A DNA stretch of 64,000 bases from Raillietiella orientalis (lineage: Eukaryota): assembly GCA_036172245.1 (NCBI GenBank), contig JAYWIR010000024.1, forward strand, positions 1,860,001 through 1,924,000, given 5' to 3'. Within the stretch, counting starts at the first letter, position 1. Each line of letters opens with the position of its first letter. The translations under genes and the position numbers were made by a program. Shown here piece by piece: positions 61,624 through 64,000 of this stretch. The notes under the pieces were generated by a model that was not told the DNA's origin, searched no databases, and was given only the letters and a program-made list of their open reading frames with translations.

Positions 61624-63415
61624 TCACACGGGTGCGACGGTCGGAAAACACGACTCGCTGAACCCCAGCTGACTCAGCTTCGACCGGTCTTCCTCGTCCA
61701 GCTCTATGCTTGCGCTCTTTTCCAAGATGCTTTCCTTCAGACGGACCTTGCAGGCCTGCAGGGACTGCAGGGAGATCTCGCACTGCGTGAGGGCAATCGT
61801 CAGTGCGCGACCTCTTGGAGTACGCTTATTTTAGTTTATTTTTTACTCACGGTCTGTTTCTGCTTCTGCAGATCCGTCGCAGTGCTCCTCAAGTCTTGAA
61901 TCTGCTGCAGAAGCATCTCTTGAGCATCATCGCTGCGAAAACGAGCAGGCGGGAAGGGAGGGTAATAGAGGGGGGGGGGGGGGAAGGGAAGGAAAAAAAT
62001 ATATATATATATCAAACAACTGCTCTTGTGTCTTACAGGACTTTTTCGCTCAGAGGGCGCTGATTGCGTATCGAAATTCTTGCTTCTGCCAGCGACTGGA
62101 ACGGGACTCGTTTCTCCGCGAAGGCGGACAGAGTGACCATGAAATGTTTGATGCTTTTTATCTGATCTTCCACCTGGAAGGAAACGCTTCTTTTTCTCTC
62201 CGGAGGGCGCCTCGAGGTGGCAAATTCATATGTTCGAGAAGCTTTCGCAAGAAGACCCGGACCGCGAGGTGGAGTTCTCGGTGGAATCAGAGAGATGCAC
62301 TGGAAGGGAGGAAAGGAAGGAGGGAAGAAAGAAAGAAAGCAAAGGGGGGAAGGAGGCAGTGGTCCCAGGAAGCATCGATCGCGGCACCTTTCTTCTGCTA
62401 GAGGGAACTTTACCTTTTCCAGGTGCTCTTGCAGCTTGTCTTTGTCTTGCTTGAACGTTTCGATCCTGGTCTGCAGGACCTCGTCGACGATGTTCCTGTA
62501 CTGCAGGCAGATGATGTCCCGTTTTTGGTCCAGCTTCGCTTCCAGGCCGACCATTATCTTGTAGCTCTTCTCGATCAGTGACTGCACGTCCTCGCAGATG
62601 GCCATGGATTCCATCTTCCAGTCGTCGAAGGGGAGGAAGCTGAAACGCACGTTCTCGCTGTTCTTACTCGGCAGCAAGTGCGGCACTCGAGCCACCTCTC
62701 CGTTCCTCTGAAAGCGCAGTACTTGTGGAGGTCCTCGCTGGCCACGGTCAGCGAAAGCGCCTCCAGGTTCTTCTGGAGGCTCCTCTCCTTGTCCGCTCGC
62801 ACCTTGCATAGATGGTAGTTCAGGGCCCTCATCTGGCGCTTCCTCTCCTCGATCTGCGTTTCCGCTTCCTTCAGCACGTCCAGCACGCTTTCGAGGTGGT
62901 CGCGCATGGCCCGCAGGTGCAGATCCGCAAGATCGGGGCCGGCTTTCAGGACGAACATCGAGCGGCCCTCGGGGTCGCCGCTCCTCCTGATCAGGCTCGC
63001 TCGCCTCCGCTCCAGACACGACCGGGTGACCTCGAGCAGCCTCTCGTAGAGCAGCTTCTCGGCGTCGACCCGGCACCTCCGTCCGGAAAGGTTGTTCAGG
63101 CACCGGCCGATCTCCGAAATCGCGAGTTCGATCTCGTCTTTCCAAAACGTCACGTCCTTTATGCTGGTTTCTTCGGCACCGGTTACACGACCTCATCCAG
63201 CAGTATCCGCACTTACCTAATTTTTCGTTTACCTCGTTCGTGCTGTGCTGATAAAACTCTACCGTTTCGTCGCACAAGAGCGATATCCCTTTCAGAACTT
63301 TGTCGGCCTCCTCTCTGTATCTTTGGGTGTCCTCCAAGAGCTCCTTCATGTCGTATTTCTCATCTTCCTTCAGGTCTTTGTTTGGCTTCATCTCGGCAGC
63401 GTCAACCCTAACCAT
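61624..63415 (-). CDS. Tektin-family protein, 6 exons, about 425 aa
   Basis: Exons 63415-63217, 63170-62696, 62639-62414, 62173-62037, 61932-61851, 61782-61624, all GT-AG, total 1278 nt in frame; tektin-like KLETSIKDVTFWKDEI, CLERR, VDEVLQTRIET, ARISIRNQRP, EKSASIELD; AATAAA directly after the stop. Confidence 0.88.
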
Positions 63416-64000
63416 TTTAAAAATAACACCGCCAAATGAAGAAAGAGAGGAGAGAAGAGAAGAGGAGGAAGCAAAACAACAGCACGTCTCGGATAAATCT
63501 GATCGATCGGCTCCTCCACGGGCCACACATTCCCCTCCGCAGCGGCCATTGGCTGAGCTCGCACTTTGTCAATCAATGGTGCTGCTTCGCGAATTGCCGA
63601 CGCGCATTCCAAGTGTGTTCGCAGGCCTCTCGAGGTGAGCCAGTGGTCGTCAGGCACCGGAAAGCATCCGGCAGCATCAACCGGACTCCTTGCCACTTCC
63701 AGTTCGTGGCCCCCACGAACGTGCCCGGAGGCGTCCGTGCCCACGGCGTGTCCTTCCGCAACCGAAAGGTGTGCAGCGTGAAACTCTTCCTGCAGCTCCC
63801 GCGAACACTGCGGAAGACGCCGAAGCCAAGCAAAAGTCGCTGGAAACGCCTCGCGCGCCCCAGTCTGGGTGGTTGGTCACACTTGAGACGCCGTCGGGAT
63901 GACGGATTCGCCGCGCACGCTGGCAGCGACCGGATTCAATTTCGCACGGATTTTCGGGGCAGAACACGCTGTAATGGGGATGTTCGAAACCGTGATCCCC

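Noticed and set aside
62033..63526. Single-exon 497-aa ORF
   Set aside because: It reads through introns and the wrong frame of exon 2; the spliced tektin model explains the region.
1..64000. CRISPR arrays, rRNA, prokaryotic operons, LTR or integrase elements
   Set aside because: None seen; spliceosomal introns and LINEs indicate eukaryotic nuclear DNA.

Overview
Eukaryotic (probably arthropod) genomic DNA in two parts. About 1.8-33.6 kb is an almost solid, multi-level nest of degenerate non-LTR retrotransposons. Most are Tx1/L1-clade (CCHC ORF1; APE-RT-zf ORF2). The nest also holds one NeSL/Utopia-type RLE element, a long tRNA-headed SINE, a Tigger/pogo-like MITE and a captured SmydA-like gene end. 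About 34-64 kb is host-like DNA with three more SINE copies, a (TG)38 microsatellite, a short-intron coiled-coil gene and a complete 6-exon divergent tektin gene. Main observations: (1) one Tx1 family sits antisense in the same Gly-Gly loop of the APE endonuclease gene of two, probably three, divergent host LINEs, suggesting a retrotransposon that targets other retrotransposons; (2) ten LINE 3' ends share an AATAAA + stem-loop terminus with a variable loop and almost no poly(A); (3) swapped target-site duplications show a 5 kb inversion between two inverted LINE copies; (4) a LINE/SmydA head-to-head chimera lies between 22-bp direct repeats. All family assignments are from motifs recognised by eye; no database searches were run.
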